Shown here piece after piece: positions 23,708 through 33,376 of a DNA stretch of 64,000 nucleotides. The notes beneath the pieces were generated by a model that had not been told where the DNA came from, did not search any database, and saw only the letters and a program-made list of their open reading frames with translations. The DNA is from Alphaproteobacteria bacterium (GTDB taxonomy: Bacteria; Pseudomonadota; Alphaproteobacteria; SHVZ01). The number at the start of each line of letters is the position of its first letter. Positions within the stretch are counted from its first letter, which is position 1. Location of the stretch: NCBI GenBank assembly GCA_016869285.1, contig VGEN01000004.1:365-64364 (forward strand). The letters run 5' to 3'. A program made the translations under genes and the position numbers.

Positions 23708-25114
23708 GTGACCGACGCCGCCAGCAGCTGGAGCGAACTCTTCGAGCGGCGCAATGCGACGGCGCTGGTCACGCTCAGCCTCGGCGTCGCGCTTCATGCC
23801 TTCAACGGCTTCCTGGTCGCGACCGCGTTGCCGACCGCGGTGATCGAGATTGGCGGCGTTCAGCTGCTGAGCTGGGCTTTCACGGTCTATCTGGTGTTCG
23901 CGATCATCGGCGGCGCTGGCGCGGCCCGGCTGAAGCAGATGGCCGGCGGCCGCCAGGCGATGATCGTGTCGGCGTTGGTCTTCCTCGCCGGCACGCTGAT
24001 CGCGGGCATGGCGCCATCGATGCCGGTGCTCCTTGCGGGTCGTGCGCTACAGGGCGTCGGCGAGGGCGTCATCTCGGCGCTCTGCTACATCCTGATCCCC
24101 GAGCTCTTTCCGTCTCGCCTGATCGCGCGCGTCTTCGGAGTCGAGGCGATGGTGTGGGCGCTCGGCGCTTTTGGCGGGCCGCTGATCTCGGGCGTGCTGA
24201 CTGAGGCCTTGTCCTGGCGCATGGCCTTCTTCGTCAACGTGCCGGTCGTGGCGCTGTTCCTTATCCTTGTCGTGCGCGTCGTGCCGCCCGATGCGAGCGT
24301 GCCCGAGGCCAAGGCGAAAGCAGTTCCGCTCGGTCGCCTTGCCGGCTGTGCTATAGGCATCATGATGGTCGCGGTCGCCGCGATCAGCGGCGATGTGGGT
24401 GCGGCGTCGCTTCTGATCCTGTCAGCGCTGGCGATCCTGGTCGGCGTCTTCGTCGCCGACCGTCGCCGCCCGGATAGGCTCTTCCCCAGCGACGCCTTTG
24501 CCTTCACCACGACGGTCGGCGCCGGGCTCTGGATGATCCTCTTGATGCCGATCGCGCATGCGTCGTCGTCGGTCTATCTCAACATCACGATTCAGCATCT
24601 TTGGGGCTACGGGCCGACGGTGGCCGGTTTCGTCCACGCGATGATGGCGCTGTCCTGGAGCGGATCGGCGCTGATCTTCGCCGGCATCGACGACCCCGGT
24701 CGCCGGCTCGTCCTGATCCGGCTCGGCCCGGTCCTGATCGTCGCCGGCCTTCTCGGCACCGTCCTTGCGATCGCCTACGACATGCCGAGGGCGCTTCTGC
24801 CCTGCCAGATCGTGATCGGCACCGGCTTCGGCGGCAACTGGGCCTTCTTGAGCCAGGCGATCATGGAGGCGGCCCGCCCGGGCGAGCGCGACGCCGCCAC
24901 CACCATGCTGCAGGTAGTGCTCTCCAGCGGCTTCGCCCTCGGATCGGCGATCGCCGGGCTCGTCGCCAACCTGGCCGGATTCGCGCCGACTGCGGGTGCG
25001 GAGGCCATTGTCGGGCCGATCGCGCTCGCGCTCGCCGTCGGCGCCGGCCTCGGGACCTTCGGTATTCTCGCCGGCTTCGGCGTCAGGCTCCCGCGACCGG
25101 CGCCCAGCCGTTGA
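23708..25114 (+). CDS. MFS transporter
   Basis: The 468-aa ORF has a GTG start and 12-14 predicted transmembrane segments. An MFS motif (GRALQGVGEG) is present. Confidence 0.75.
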   Translation: MTDAASSWSELFERRNATALVTLSLGVALHAFNGFLVATALPTAVIEIGGVQLLSWAFTVYLVFAIIGGAGAARLKQMAGGRQAMIVSALVFLAGTLIAGMAPSMPVLLAGRALQGVGEGVISALCYILIPELFPSRLIARVFGVEAMVWALGAFGGPLISGVLTEALSWRMAFFVNVPVVALFLILVVRVVPPDASVPEAKAKAVPLGRLAGCAIGIMMVAVAAISGDVGAASLLILSALAILVGVFVADRRRPDRLFPSDAFAFTTTVGAGLWMILLMPIAHASSSVYLNITIQHLWGYGPTVAGFVHAMMALSWSGSALIFAGIDDPGRRLVLIRLGPVLIVAGLLGTVLAIAYDMPRALLPCQIVIGTGFGGNWAFLSQAIMEAARPGERDAATTMLQVVLSSGFALGSAIAGLVANLAGFAPTAGAEAIVGPIALALAVGAGLGTFGILAGFGVRLPRPAPSR

Positions 25115-25199
25115 CGGCCAGCGTCAAGCGGTATATCTCAAAAGATATCAAGGATTTCTGGCGCGCGAGGGCGCGTCTCTCTCCGTCCCGGGGGAACCC

Positions 25200-25589
25200 A
25201 TGGCATCCGCCCAGCGGCCGCTGTCGCCGCATCTCCAGGTCTACAAGCCGCAAATCACCACGGTGCTGTCGATCACCCATCGCGCGGCCGGGATCGTGCT
25301 CTCGGGCGGCGCCGTGGCTCTGGTCTTCTGGCTGCTGGCGCTCGCCAACGGCCCGGACGCCTTCGAGACGGCGCAAGCGATCGCCGGCTCCTGGCTCGGC
25401 TATCTCTGTCTCTTCGTCTGGACCTTCTGCCTCTTCTATCACCTCGCCAACGGTATCCGGCATCTGGTCTGGGACATGGGCTACGGTTTCGAGATCAAGC
25501 AGTTCTACGCCTCGGGCTGGGTCGTGATCGTGGTCTCGCTCGGGCTCACGACGCTTGCCTGGATCGCCGGGCTCCACGGGCTTCGCTGA
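25200..25589 (+). CDS. sdhC: succinate dehydrogenase cytochrome b556 subunit
   Basis: The ORF begins MASAQRPLSPHLQVYKPQITTVLSITHR. I chose the internal ATG within ORF 24996..25589. Confidence 0.9.
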   Translation: MASAQRPLSPHLQVYKPQITTVLSITHRAAGIVLSGGAVALVFWLLALANGPDAFETAQAIAGSWLGYLCLFVWTFCLFYHLANGIRHLVWDMGYGFEIKQFYASGWVVIVVSLGLTTLAWIAGLHGLR

Positions 25590-25605
25590 AGGAGGGGAGA
25601 TCGCC

Positions 25606-25986
25606 ATGACCATGCGCTCGACGATCGCCTGCGTCCGCGGCCTCGGCTCGGCCAAGCACGGCACCAAGCATTGGTGGATGCAGCGCGCGACCGCCGTCGC
25701 CCTGATCCCGCTGTCGTTGTGGTTCGCCGCGGCGCTCGTCTCGATGGCCGGTGCGGAGTGGGAGCGGGCCTATATCTGGATCGCGTCGCCCGCTGGCGCG
25801 GTGCCGATGATCCTCTTCCTCATCGCCGGCCTGTGGCACGGCAAGCTCGGCCTGCAGGTGGTGATCGAGGACTACGTTCATGCCGAGGGGCTCAAGGTCG
25901 CGCTCCTGATGCTGCTCGGCCTGACGACGGTCGCGCTCGGCGTCGCCGGCGTCTTCGCCGTCTGCAAGATCTCCTTCGGGGAGTAG
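25606..25986 (+). CDS. sdhD: succinate dehydrogenase hydrophobic membrane anchor subunit
   Basis: The ORF begins MTMRSTIACVRGLGSAKHGTKHWW and is preceded by a GAAGGAGGGGA ribosome-binding site. It has 3 transmembrane helices. Confidence 0.85.
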   Translation: MTMRSTIACVRGLGSAKHGTKHWWMQRATAVALIPLSLWFAAALVSMAGAEWERAYIWIASPAGAVPMILFLIAGLWHGKLGLQVVIEDYVHAEGLKVALLMLLGLTTVALGVAGVFAVCKISFGE

Positions 25987-25989
25987 GTC

Positions 25990-27783
25990 ATGGCCCAGGC
26001 ATACAAGATCGTCGACCACACCTACGACGTCGTCGTCATCGGTGCCGGAGGCTCTGGTCTGCGCGCGACGCTCGGCATGACCGCTGCCGGCCTCAAGACC
26101 GCCTGCGTCACCAAGGTCTTCCCGACTCGCAGCCACACGGTCGCGGCGCAGGGAGGCATCGGCGCCGCTCTCGACAACATGGGCGACGGCGACAACTGGC
26201 GCTACCACATGTACGACACGGTCAAGGGCTCCGACTGGCTCGGCGATCAGGACGCGATCGAATACATGTGCCGGAACGCGATTCCGGCGGTGATCGAGCT
26301 TGAGCATTTCGGCGTGCCCTTCTCGCGCACGCCCGAGGGCAAGATCTACCAGCGCCCCTTCGGCGGCCACACGCTCGAAGGCGGCAAAGGCCTCGCCAAG
26401 CGCGCCTGCGCCGCCGCCGACCGCACCGGCCACGCAATCCTGCACACTCTCTACCAGCAGAGCCTCCGCCACGGCGCCGAGTTCTTCGTCGAGTACTACT
26501 CGCTCGACCTGATCATGGATGAGGAGGGCGTCTGTCGCGGCGTCATGGCCTGGAACCTCGACGACGGCACCATCCACCGCTTCCGCGCGCACATGACGGT
26601 GCTGGCGACCGGCGGCGGCGGCCGCGTCTACTTCTCGACGACTCAGGCGCATACCTGCACCGGCGACGGTTACGGCATGGTGCTGCGCGCCGGGCTGCCG
26701 CTTCAAGACATGGAGTTCCTACAGTTCCACCCGACCGGCGTCTACGGCGCCGGCTGCCTGATCACCGAAGGAGCTCGCGGCGAGGGCGGTTATCTCTCGA
26801 ACGCCGAAGGCGAGCGCTTCATGGAGCGTTACGCGCCCTCGACCAAGGACCTTGCCAGTCGCGATGTCGTCAGCCGCGCGATGACCGTGGAGGTCAACGA
26901 GGGCCGCGGCTGCGGTCCGGACAAGGACCACATTATGCTCCACCTGGAGCACCTCGATCCCAAGGTGCTGCACGAGCGGCTGCCCGGTATCTCCGAAACC
27001 GCGCGGGTGTTCTCCGGTGTCGATGTCACGCGCGAGCCGATCCCGGTCCAGCCGACCATGCATTACAACATGGGCGGCGTGCCGACCAACTACCACGCCG
27101 AGGCCCTGAGGCCGACCAAGGACAACCCCGAAGCCGTCTGCCCCGGCCTGATGGCGATCGGCGAGGCCGCGTCGGTTTCGGTCCATGGCGCAAACCGTCT
27201 CGGCACCAACTCGCTCCTCGACCTGGTGGTCTTCGGTCGCGCCGCTGCGCATCGCGCGGCCGAGATCGTGAAGCCGGGCCAGGCGCACAAGCCGCTCTCG
27301 GCCTCTGCCGGCGATCGGGCGCTCGCGCGCCTTGACCGAATCCGCAACGCCAAGGGCAAGCTCTCGGGCGGTCGCATCCGCCTGGACATGCAGCGCTGCA
27401 TGCAGGTGCATGCCGGAATCTTCCGCGAGCAGAAGACGCTCGAAGCCGGCATCGCCAAGATGCGCGAGATCTCCGCCAGCATGGGCGAACTCAGCATCGC
27501 CGACCGCTCGATGATCTGGAGCTCGGACCTGGTCGAGGCGCTCGAGCTCGACAACCTGATGGGCCAGGCGACCGTCATCCTCGCCGCCGCCGAGGCCCGG
27601 AAGGAGAGCCGCGGCGCGCATGCCCGCGGCGACTTCCAGGAGCGCGACGACGTCAACTGGATGAAGCACACGCTTTCCTGGCTGGGCGCCAACGGCAAGG
27701 TGACGCTCGATTACCGCGGCGTCCATATGTACACGCTGTCCAACGAGACCCAGGTGATCCCGCCCAAGGCGCGGGTCTACTAG
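25990..27783 (+). CDS. sdhA: succinate dehydrogenase flavoprotein subunit
   Basis: The 597-aa ORF has an FAD-binding motif ([13 protein letters not shown]), the covalent-FAD His ([10 protein letters not shown]) and the substrate-binding HPTG motif. Confidence 0.95.
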   Translation: MAQAYKIVDHTYDVVVIGAGGSGLRATLGMTAAGLKTACVTKVFPTRSHTVAAQGGIGAALDNMGDGDNWRYHMYDTVKGSDWLGDQDAIEYMCRNAIPAVIELEHFGVPFSRTPEGKIYQRPFGGHTLEGGKGLAKRACAAADRTGHAILHTLYQQSLRHGAEFFVEYYSLDLIMDEEGVCRGVMAWNLDDGTIHRFRAHMTVLATGGGGRVYFSTTQAHTCTGDGYGMVLRAGLPLQDMEFLQFHPTGVYGAGCLITEGARGEGGYLSNAEGERFMERYAPSTKDLASRDVVSRAMTVEVNEGRGCGPDKDHIMLHLEHLDPKVLHERLPGISETARVFSGVDVTREPIPVQPTMHYNMGGVPTNYHAEALRPTKDNPEAVCPGLMAIGEAASVSVHGANRLGTNSLLDLVVFGRAAAHRAAEIVKPGQAHKPLSASAGDRALARLDRIRNAKGKLSGGRIRLDMQRCMQVHAGIFREQKTLEAGIAKMREISASMGELSIADRSMIWSSDLVEALELDNLMGQATVILAAAEARKESRGAHARGDFQERDDVNWMKHTLSWLGANGKVTLDYRGVHMYTLSNETQVIPPKARVY

Positions 27784-27795
27784 AGAGGCCCGGCC

Positions 27796-28575
27796 ATGGC
27801 TGAATTTACCCTGCCTCGGAATTCGAAAGTCACGGACGGCAAAACCCACAAGGCGCCGGACGGGACCAAGCGGGTCGCGACCTTCCGCGTCTATCGTTGG
27901 GACCCCGACACTGGCGCCAATCCGCGCCTCGACACCTTCGAGATCGACCGCGACCAGTGCGCGCCGATGGTCCTGGACGCTCTGATCAAGATCAAGACCG
28001 AGATCGACTCGACGCTGACCTTCCGCCGTTCCTGTCGCGAAGGCATCTGCGGCTCCTGCTCGATGAATATCGACGGCACCAACACGCTGGCCTGCCTGAA
28101 GCCGATCGACGAGGTGAAAGGGACCATCGACGTCTATCCCCTGCCGCACCTTCCGGTGATTAAGGATCTCGTGCCGGATCTCTCGGTGCCCTACGCGCAA
28201 TACACCTCGATCCAGCCATGGCTGCAATCCGGGTCGGCAGCTCCGCCGGATTCCGAGCGCCTGCAGAGCCCAGAGGAGCGGGCTAAGCTGGACGGCCTTT
28301 GGGAATGCGTCCTCTGCTTCTGCTGCACGACCAGCTGTCCCTCCTACTGGTGGAACGGCGACCGCTATCTGGGGCCGGCGATCCTGCTCCAGGCTTATCG
28401 CTGGATCGCGGATTCACGCGACGAGGCGACGGGCGAGCGCCTCGATGCGCTCGAGGACCCGTTCCGCCTCTATCGCTGCCATACGATCCTGAACTGCACC
28501 CGGACCTGCCCCAAGAGCCTGAACCCGGCGAAGGCAATCGCCGAGATCAAGAAGCTGATGGTGGCACGACGTTAG
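27796..28575 (+). CDS. sdhB: succinate dehydrogenase iron-sulfur subunit
   Basis: The 259-aa ORF has a 2Fe-2S cysteine cluster ([15 protein letters not shown]), a 4Fe-4S cluster ([12 protein letters not shown]) and a 3Fe-4S cluster ([12 protein letters not shown]). Confidence 0.95.
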   Translation: MAEFTLPRNSKVTDGKTHKAPDGTKRVATFRVYRWDPDTGANPRLDTFEIDRDQCAPMVLDALIKIKTEIDSTLTFRRSCREGICGSCSMNIDGTNTLACLKPIDEVKGTIDVYPLPHLPVIKDLVPDLSVPYAQYTSIQPWLQSGSAAPPDSERLQSPEERAKLDGLWECVLCFCCTTSCPSYWWNGDRYLGPAILLQAYRWIADSRDEATGERLDALEDPFRLYRCHTILNCTRTCPKSLNPAKAIAEIKKLMVARR

Positions 28576-28582
28576 ACCGACC

Positions 28583-28789
28583 TTGAGGGGAGACGAGACG
28601 GTGGCTGGAACGGGACCTTGGATTCTGGGCGGGATCATCGCAGCGACGGCGCTCTATGCGCTCGTCATCGCCTCGCATGCGCATAGCCAGGGCGCCTATA
28701 TCGCGGGCGTGCTCTATGCCGGCTTCGCCGTCCTCTTCATCATGGGCCTGATCCGCCGCGGCTACGACAAGCTCGACGCCAAGCGTTGA
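28583..28789 (+). CDS. small two-transmembrane-helix membrane protein (hypothetical)
   Basis: This 68-aa ORF has two hydrophobic helices and sits between sdhB and tam. It overlaps the tam start by 4 nt. I have no homology memory for it. Confidence 0.3.
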   Translation: MRGDETVAGTGPWILGGIIAATALYALVIASHAHSQGAYIAGVLYAGFAVLFIMGLIRRGYDKLDAKR

Positions 28790-29556
28790 TGCCGAGCTGG
28801 GACCCGGCCCAGTACGCGAAGTTCGGCGATCATCGTCTTCGGCCTGCGCTCGATCTGATCGGGCGCATTCCGGACATCGATCCGAGGCGCATCGCCGATC
28901 TCGGTTGCGGTGCCGGCGAGATCACCGAGATGCTGGCCGCACGATGGCCGGGCGCCGAGGTCGTCGGCCTCGATTCTTCGCCGGATATGCTGAAGAAGTC
29001 GCGAGCGTTGAACGGCCGCGCCGAGTACGTCGAGAGCGACGTCGCAAGCTGGACGGCCTTGCCGCCGGTCGACCTCCTCTTCTCCAACGCCTGCCTGCAA
29101 TGGCTGCCAGACCACGCGCGCCTGTTCCCGCGGCTCGTCGGTCAGGTGGCCGGAGGTGGCGTCCTTGCCGTCCAGATGCCGCACAACCACGACCAGCCCT
29201 CGCACCGGATCATTCAACGCCTGTCCGATGAGGCGCCGTTCAAGGGGCCGCTCGCCGGCAAGCTCCGCCACGACCCGGTCGATGCGCCTGGCATCTATTG
29301 GCGGATGCTGAAACCGATCACGGCCAAGCTCGACATCTGGGAGGTCGACTACCTGCAGGCGCTCGCCGGCGACGATCCGGTGCTGAACTGGACGATGGGC
29401 ACGGCGCTCCGCCCCGTGCTCGACGCGCTGGACGAGACGCTGCGTTCGCAATTCGTCGAGAAGTATCGCGAGGGCCTGAGGGCCGCCTATCCGCGCGAAG
29501 CCGACGGCTCGACACTGTTTCCGTTCAGGCGGCTCTTCATCCTCGCCGCGCGTTAG
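28786..29556 (+). CDS. tam: trans-aconitate 2-methyltransferase
   Basis: The 256-aa ORF has a Tam N-terminus (WDPAQYAKFGDHRLRPALDL) and SAM motif I (DLGCGAG). Confidence 0.8.
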   Translation: MMPSWDPAQYAKFGDHRLRPALDLIGRIPDIDPRRIADLGCGAGEITEMLAARWPGAEVVGLDSSPDMLKKSRALNGRAEYVESDVASWTALPPVDLLFSNACLQWLPDHARLFPRLVGQVAGGGVLAVQMPHNHDQPSHRIIQRLSDEAPFKGPLAGKLRHDPVDAPGIYWRMLKPITAKLDIWEVDYLQALAGDDPVLNWTMGTALRPVLDALDETLRSQFVEKYREGLRAAYPREADGSTLFPFRRLFILAAR

Positions 29557-30746
29557 TCGAGCTGGAGCAGGACGCCCTTGAGGTAGGCCGATTCTGGGAG
29601 CATGGGATGCACCGGATGGTCGGCGGCGGCGCCGGCCTGCCGAAGGATGCGGCCCGATCGCCTGGCGCGTCCGATTCCGCGCGTGACCTCGGCCAGGAAC
29701 GATGGCGGGTCGACGTTGTGCGAGCACGACGCGGCGAAGAGGAAGCCGCCGGGCGCGACCAGGCGTGCCGCCATCTCGGCGAGCTTGCGATAGCCCTTGA
29801 GGCCGGTCGCGAGGTCCTTCTTCGACTTCACGAAAGCCGGAGGATCGACGACGACGATGCCGAAGCGCTCGCCGGCCCCCGCTCGGCGCTCCAGATCGCG
29901 GAACGCCTCCGCCTGGACGAAACGGCAGCGCGGGCCGAGCCCGTTGAGGTCGGCGGCACGCTTGGCCAGATCGAGCGCGAGCTCCGAGCGGTCGACCAGC
30001 ACGACCTCGGTTGCGCCCGCTGCCGCAGCCTGCAGGCCGAAGCCGCCGGTATGCGTGTAGACGTCGAGCAGGCTCAGGCCGGAGCTAAGCGCGGCGACCG
30101 CTCGACGATGATCGCGCTGGTCGAAGAACCAGCCGGTCTTCTGCCCTTCAGTCACATGCGCGAGGAAGGCGACGCCGTTCTCCTCAAAGCGTACCGGCCC
30201 GTCGATTGCGCCCTTGGCGATGCGCACGCCTTCCGACAAGCCTTCAACCGAGCGGAGCGCGCTGTCGTTCCGGATCACGATCGCGCTTGGCGCGAGCGCC
30301 GCGTCGATCGCCTCGACGAGGGCGTCCGAGAGCCGGTCCATTCCGGCTGAATTGATCTGCGCTACGACCACATCGCCGAAACGATCGATCACCGTACCGG
30401 GAAGCCCGTCGGCCTCGGCATGGATCAGGCGGTAGCAGGGTCCGGCGAAGAGTCGTTGGCGAAGGACTGATGCATAGGTGATCCGGCGGCTTAGCCAGTC
30501 CGTATCGATCGAGGCATCGGCATCGCGTTCCAGAAGGCGCCCGGCGATCAACGAGTGCGGATCGAAGAAACCCACGCCCAGCGGTCGGCTGTCGTGGCTG
30601 ACGAAGCGGGCAACCGTACCCCGCGGCAGCGCCTTGGCGGCGGCCGACAACTCGACCTCGTTCGAGTAGATCCAGGGATGGCCTTCGAGCGGCCGCTTGT
30701 GGCGACCCGGCAGAAGGCGGATCTCGGGGCGAGGCATCGTTGTCAT
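29553..30746 (-). CDS. class I SAM-dependent rRNA (cytosine-C5) methyltransferase, RlmI/RlmK-like
   Basis: The 397-aa ORF has a PUA-like N-terminus and an MTase core with a DPPAF motif. Confidence 0.7.
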   Translation of the reverse strand: MTTMPRPEIRLLPGRHKRPLEGHPWIYSNEVELSAAAKALPRGTVARFVSHDSRPLGVGFFDPHSLIAGRLLERDADASIDTDWLSRRITYASVLRQRLFAGPCYRLIHAEADGLPGTVIDRFGDVVVAQINSAGMDRLSDALVEAIDAALAPSAIVIRNDSALRSVEGLSEGVRIAKGAIDGPVRFEENGVAFLAHVTEGQKTGWFFDQRDHRRAVAALSSGLSLLDVYTHTGGFGLQAAAAGATEVVLVDRSELALDLAKRAADLNGLGPRCRFVQAEAFRDLERRAGAGERFGIVVVDPPAFVKSKKDLATGLKGYRKLAEMAARLVAPGGFLFAASCSHNVDPPSFLAEVTRGIGRARRSGRILRQAGAAADHPVHPMLPESAYLKGVLLQLD

Positions 30747-30798
30747 GGGCGGGCCTTCTATAGGCGCCCTGTGCGCTTTCGGCTAGAGTGCCGGGACG

Positions 30799-31452
30799 AT
30801 GACCGTGCGCGAGGAACAGCTCAGGCGCGACGCGGCGGCGATGGCCGATGCCGTCGATCGCGAGCTCGAGCGGGTATTCCAGCCGGTCTCCGCGCATGCC
30901 GACCGTGTCAGCGAGATGGCGCAGGAGCTGACCCTGCTCGCCGATCGGACGGTCCGGCATGCCGAGGCGCTAAGGATCGCCGACGATGGCGGCGACCGGA
31001 TCGCGATGGCGGAGCGGGTAGCGATGGCAGAGATCCTTCGCAGCCTGTCGGGTGGGCTCCATGCCATGACCCAGCGCTCGGTTCAGGACGTTCACGAGGT
31101 GAAGACCCGGCTAGTGCGGACCGTGCGCGCGACGGCGCTCGGCAACCGGCGGCGCTACGAGCGTTTCGAGGTCGACGTGCCGGCCGAGGCGGGCTTCTTG
31201 GGGCGCCGCGAACCGGCGCGCATTGTCAATCTCTCGCTGGGTGGCGCCAAGATGGACCTGGCCGTCAACCGCGAGGTCGGCACCCTGGTCTCCCTCAAGA
31301 TCGATGGCATCAGCCGCGAGCTCGAGGGCGAGGTCGTGAAAGTGAGCGAGGACGGAACCCAGATCCGATTCATCATCGGGGATGAAGCGGCCGATGAGCT
31401 CCGACGGTTTCTCGATCGCACCGGCTCGACCGGGCCGCGGCAGTCCGATTGA
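30799..31452 (+). CDS. PilZ-domain protein (c-di-GMP receptor candidate)
   Basis: The C-terminus contains RRRYERF...NLSLGGAKMD, which is the canonical RxxxR / (D/N)xSxGG PilZ pair. The N-terminal ~120 aa is helical and unassigned. Confidence 0.7.
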   Translation: MTVREEQLRRDAAAMADAVDRELERVFQPVSAHADRVSEMAQELTLLADRTVRHAEALRIADDGGDRIAMAERVAMAEILRSLSGGLHAMTQRSVQDVHEVKTRLVRTVRATALGNRRRYERFEVDVPAEAGFLGRREPARIVNLSLGGAKMDLAVNREVGTLVSLKIDGISRELEGEVVKVSEDGTQIRFIIGDEAADELRRFLDRTGSTGPRQSD

Positions 31453-32311
31453 GCGAGCGACGCGGCTGACGTTGCGCGCAGCCTTCGGGATCGCCGTGCT
31501 GGCTCTTCTCGCCACCGGCTGCTCGCCGCTGGTCCTGCTGAACTGGGCCAATCCCGAGCCTGCCCATGACCGGCTCGAATTCTCATACGGGCCCGGCGCC
31601 CGTCAGCGCCTCGATCTTTACCGGCCGAAGGACCTGAAAACCTCGGCGCCGGTCGTGATCTTCTTTTATGGCGGCGGCTGGGAGGGCGGCGAGCGTGGCA
31701 ACTACCGCTTCGCCGCGCTGGCCCTGGTCGAGCAGGGCTTCGTGGTCGCCGTGCCGGACTATCGGGTTTATCCCGAGGTCGGGTTTCCCGGCTTCCTCGA
31801 GGATACGGCCGAGGCCGCCGCCTGGATTCATCGCGAGGTCGCCTCGCATGGCGGCGATCCGGATCGGCTCTTCCTGATGGGCCATTCGGCGGGGGCCTAC
31901 AACGCCGTGATGCTGGCGCTCGATGCGGATCGCGCTGCTGCCGCGGGGCTGCCGTCGTCGGCGATCAGAGGTGTCGTCGGCCTCGCCGGACCCTATGACT
32001 TCCTGCCGATGACCTCGAAGACCCTGCAGGCGATCTTCGCCGCCCCCGACATGGCGCGAACCCAGCCCATCACCTTCGCCCGGGCCGATGCGCCGCCGGT
32101 CCTGCTCGCGACCGGCGACGTGGACAGCACCGTCTACCCGCGAAACACGCGTAACCTCGGCCGCCGGCTCCGCGACCTCGGAGCCCCGGTCGAGACCATC
32201 GAGTATTCAGGGCTCGGCCATGCGGGTATCGTGATCGCGCTGGCGCCGCTGTTCCGCGGCACCGCTCCGGTACTGACGGATGTCACGCGGTTCCTTAAGG
32301 CGAGATCGTGA
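31382..32311 (+). CDS. alpha/beta-hydrolase-fold esterase/lipase (BD-FAE type), probably a lipoprotein
   Basis: It has HGGG-like FFYGGGWEGG and nucleophile-elbow GHSAG motifs. The ORF-track start at 31382 overlaps the PilZ gene by 70 nt. An in-frame TTG at 31472 would instead give MRAAFGIAVLALLATG|C, a classic lipobox signal peptide. Confidence 0.7.
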   Translation: MKRPMSSDGFSIAPARPGRGSPIERATRLTLRAAFGIAVLALLATGCSPLVLLNWANPEPAHDRLEFSYGPGARQRLDLYRPKDLKTSAPVVIFFYGGGWEGGERGNYRFAALALVEQGFVVAVPDYRVYPEVGFPGFLEDTAEAAAWIHREVASHGGDPDRLFLMGHSAGAYNAVMLALDADRAAAAGLPSSAIRGVVGLAGPYDFLPMTSKTLQAIFAAPDMARTQPITFARADAPPVLLATGDVDSTVYPRNTRNLGRRLRDLGAPVETIEYSGLGHAGIVIALAPLFRGTAPVLTDVTRFLKARS

Positions 32312-32321
32312 AGGGGAAGCC

Positions 32322-33269
32322 ATGGCTGCGCATCGCCACGGCCACACCTTGCACAAGCACCAAGGCCACCTCGGCTGGAACAATGCCAATCCGCCGGTGC
32401 TGACGATCGCGCCAGGCGAGACCGTCTCTTTCGAGGTTGCCGAGGCCTCGGGCGGCCAGCTCTCGCCGACATCGGTGCTGGCCGATGTGACGAAGATGGA
32501 TTTCGGCAAGGTCAACCCCGTGACCGGCCCTGTTCTGATCGATGGTGCCCGGCCGGGCGATGCGCTCAAGGTGACGCTCGTCTCGTTCCGGCCTTCGGGC
32601 TGGGGCTGGACTGCCAATATTCCCGGTTTCGGCCTTCTCGCCGACCGCTTCAAGGAGCCGGCGCTCCACATCTGGAAGTACGATGCGGCAGGTCTTGCGC
32701 CGGCGCTCTACGGTCCCGGCGGGCGCGTGCCTCTCAAGCCGTTTGCCGGCACCATCGGCGTGGCGCCGGCCGAGCCTGGCCAGCACTCGATCGTTCCGCC
32801 GAGGCCGGTCGGCGGCAATATGGACATCCGCGACATGGCGGCGGGCACGGAACTTTACCTGCCGGTCGCGGTTCCGGGCGCGCTCTTCTCGGTCGGTGAT
32901 ACCCATGCTGCCCAAGGGGATGGCGAGGTCTGCGGCACCGCGATCGAGAGCCCCATGGAGGTCACGCTCAGGTTCGATCTCGTGCGCGACGCCAACCTCG
33001 CGATGCCGCGCTTCACCACGCCGGGACCGGTCTCGCGCCATCTAGACGGCGCCGGCTATGAGGTCACAACGGGCGTCGGGCCGGACCTGATGACCGGCGC
33101 GCGCGACGCGGTGCAGGGCATGATCGACCTGCTGACGAAAAGAACCGGAATGTCGGCGATCGACGCCTATATGCTCTGTAGCGTCTGCGCCGATCTGCGC
33201 ATCAGCGAGATCGTCGACCAGCCGAACTGGGTGGTTTCCCTCTATTTCCCTCGAGTTGTGCTCGGGTAG
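32322..33269 (+). CDS. acetamidase/formamidase (FmdA_AmdA family)
   Basis: The ORF begins MAAHRHGHTLHKHQGHLGWNN (a His-rich N-terminus), is preceded by a GAAGGGGA ribosome-binding site, and shows formamidase family conservation. Confidence 0.75.
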   Translation: MAAHRHGHTLHKHQGHLGWNNANPPVLTIAPGETVSFEVAEASGGQLSPTSVLADVTKMDFGKVNPVTGPVLIDGARPGDALKVTLVSFRPSGWGWTANIPGFGLLADRFKEPALHIWKYDAAGLAPALYGPGGRVPLKPFAGTIGVAPAEPGQHSIVPPRPVGGNMDIRDMAAGTELYLPVAVPGALFSVGDTHAAQGDGEVCGTAIESPMEVTLRFDLVRDANLAMPRFTTPGPVSRHLDGAGYEVTTGVGPDLMTGARDAVQGMIDLLTKRTGMSAIDAYMLCSVCADLRISEIVDQPNWVVSLYFPRVVLG

Positions 33270-33376
33270 GCGATCTGCGGGTCCGAGAAGGTTCTTGGGC
33301 TCGGCGCGCGCGCAGTATAATAAAAGCCGATCGCAGGCCCCTTCGGGCCGGGCGCGAGCCGAGGGATCGAGGCGAG

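Noticed and set aside
33270-33376. A possible terminator or small RNA in the formamidase-to-NMO spacer (GGCCCCTTCGGGCC hairpin after a TATAATAAAA box).
   Set aside because: The stem is only 5-6 bp, with no U-tract. It could equally be the -10 region of the NMO promoter. The evidence is too weak to call.
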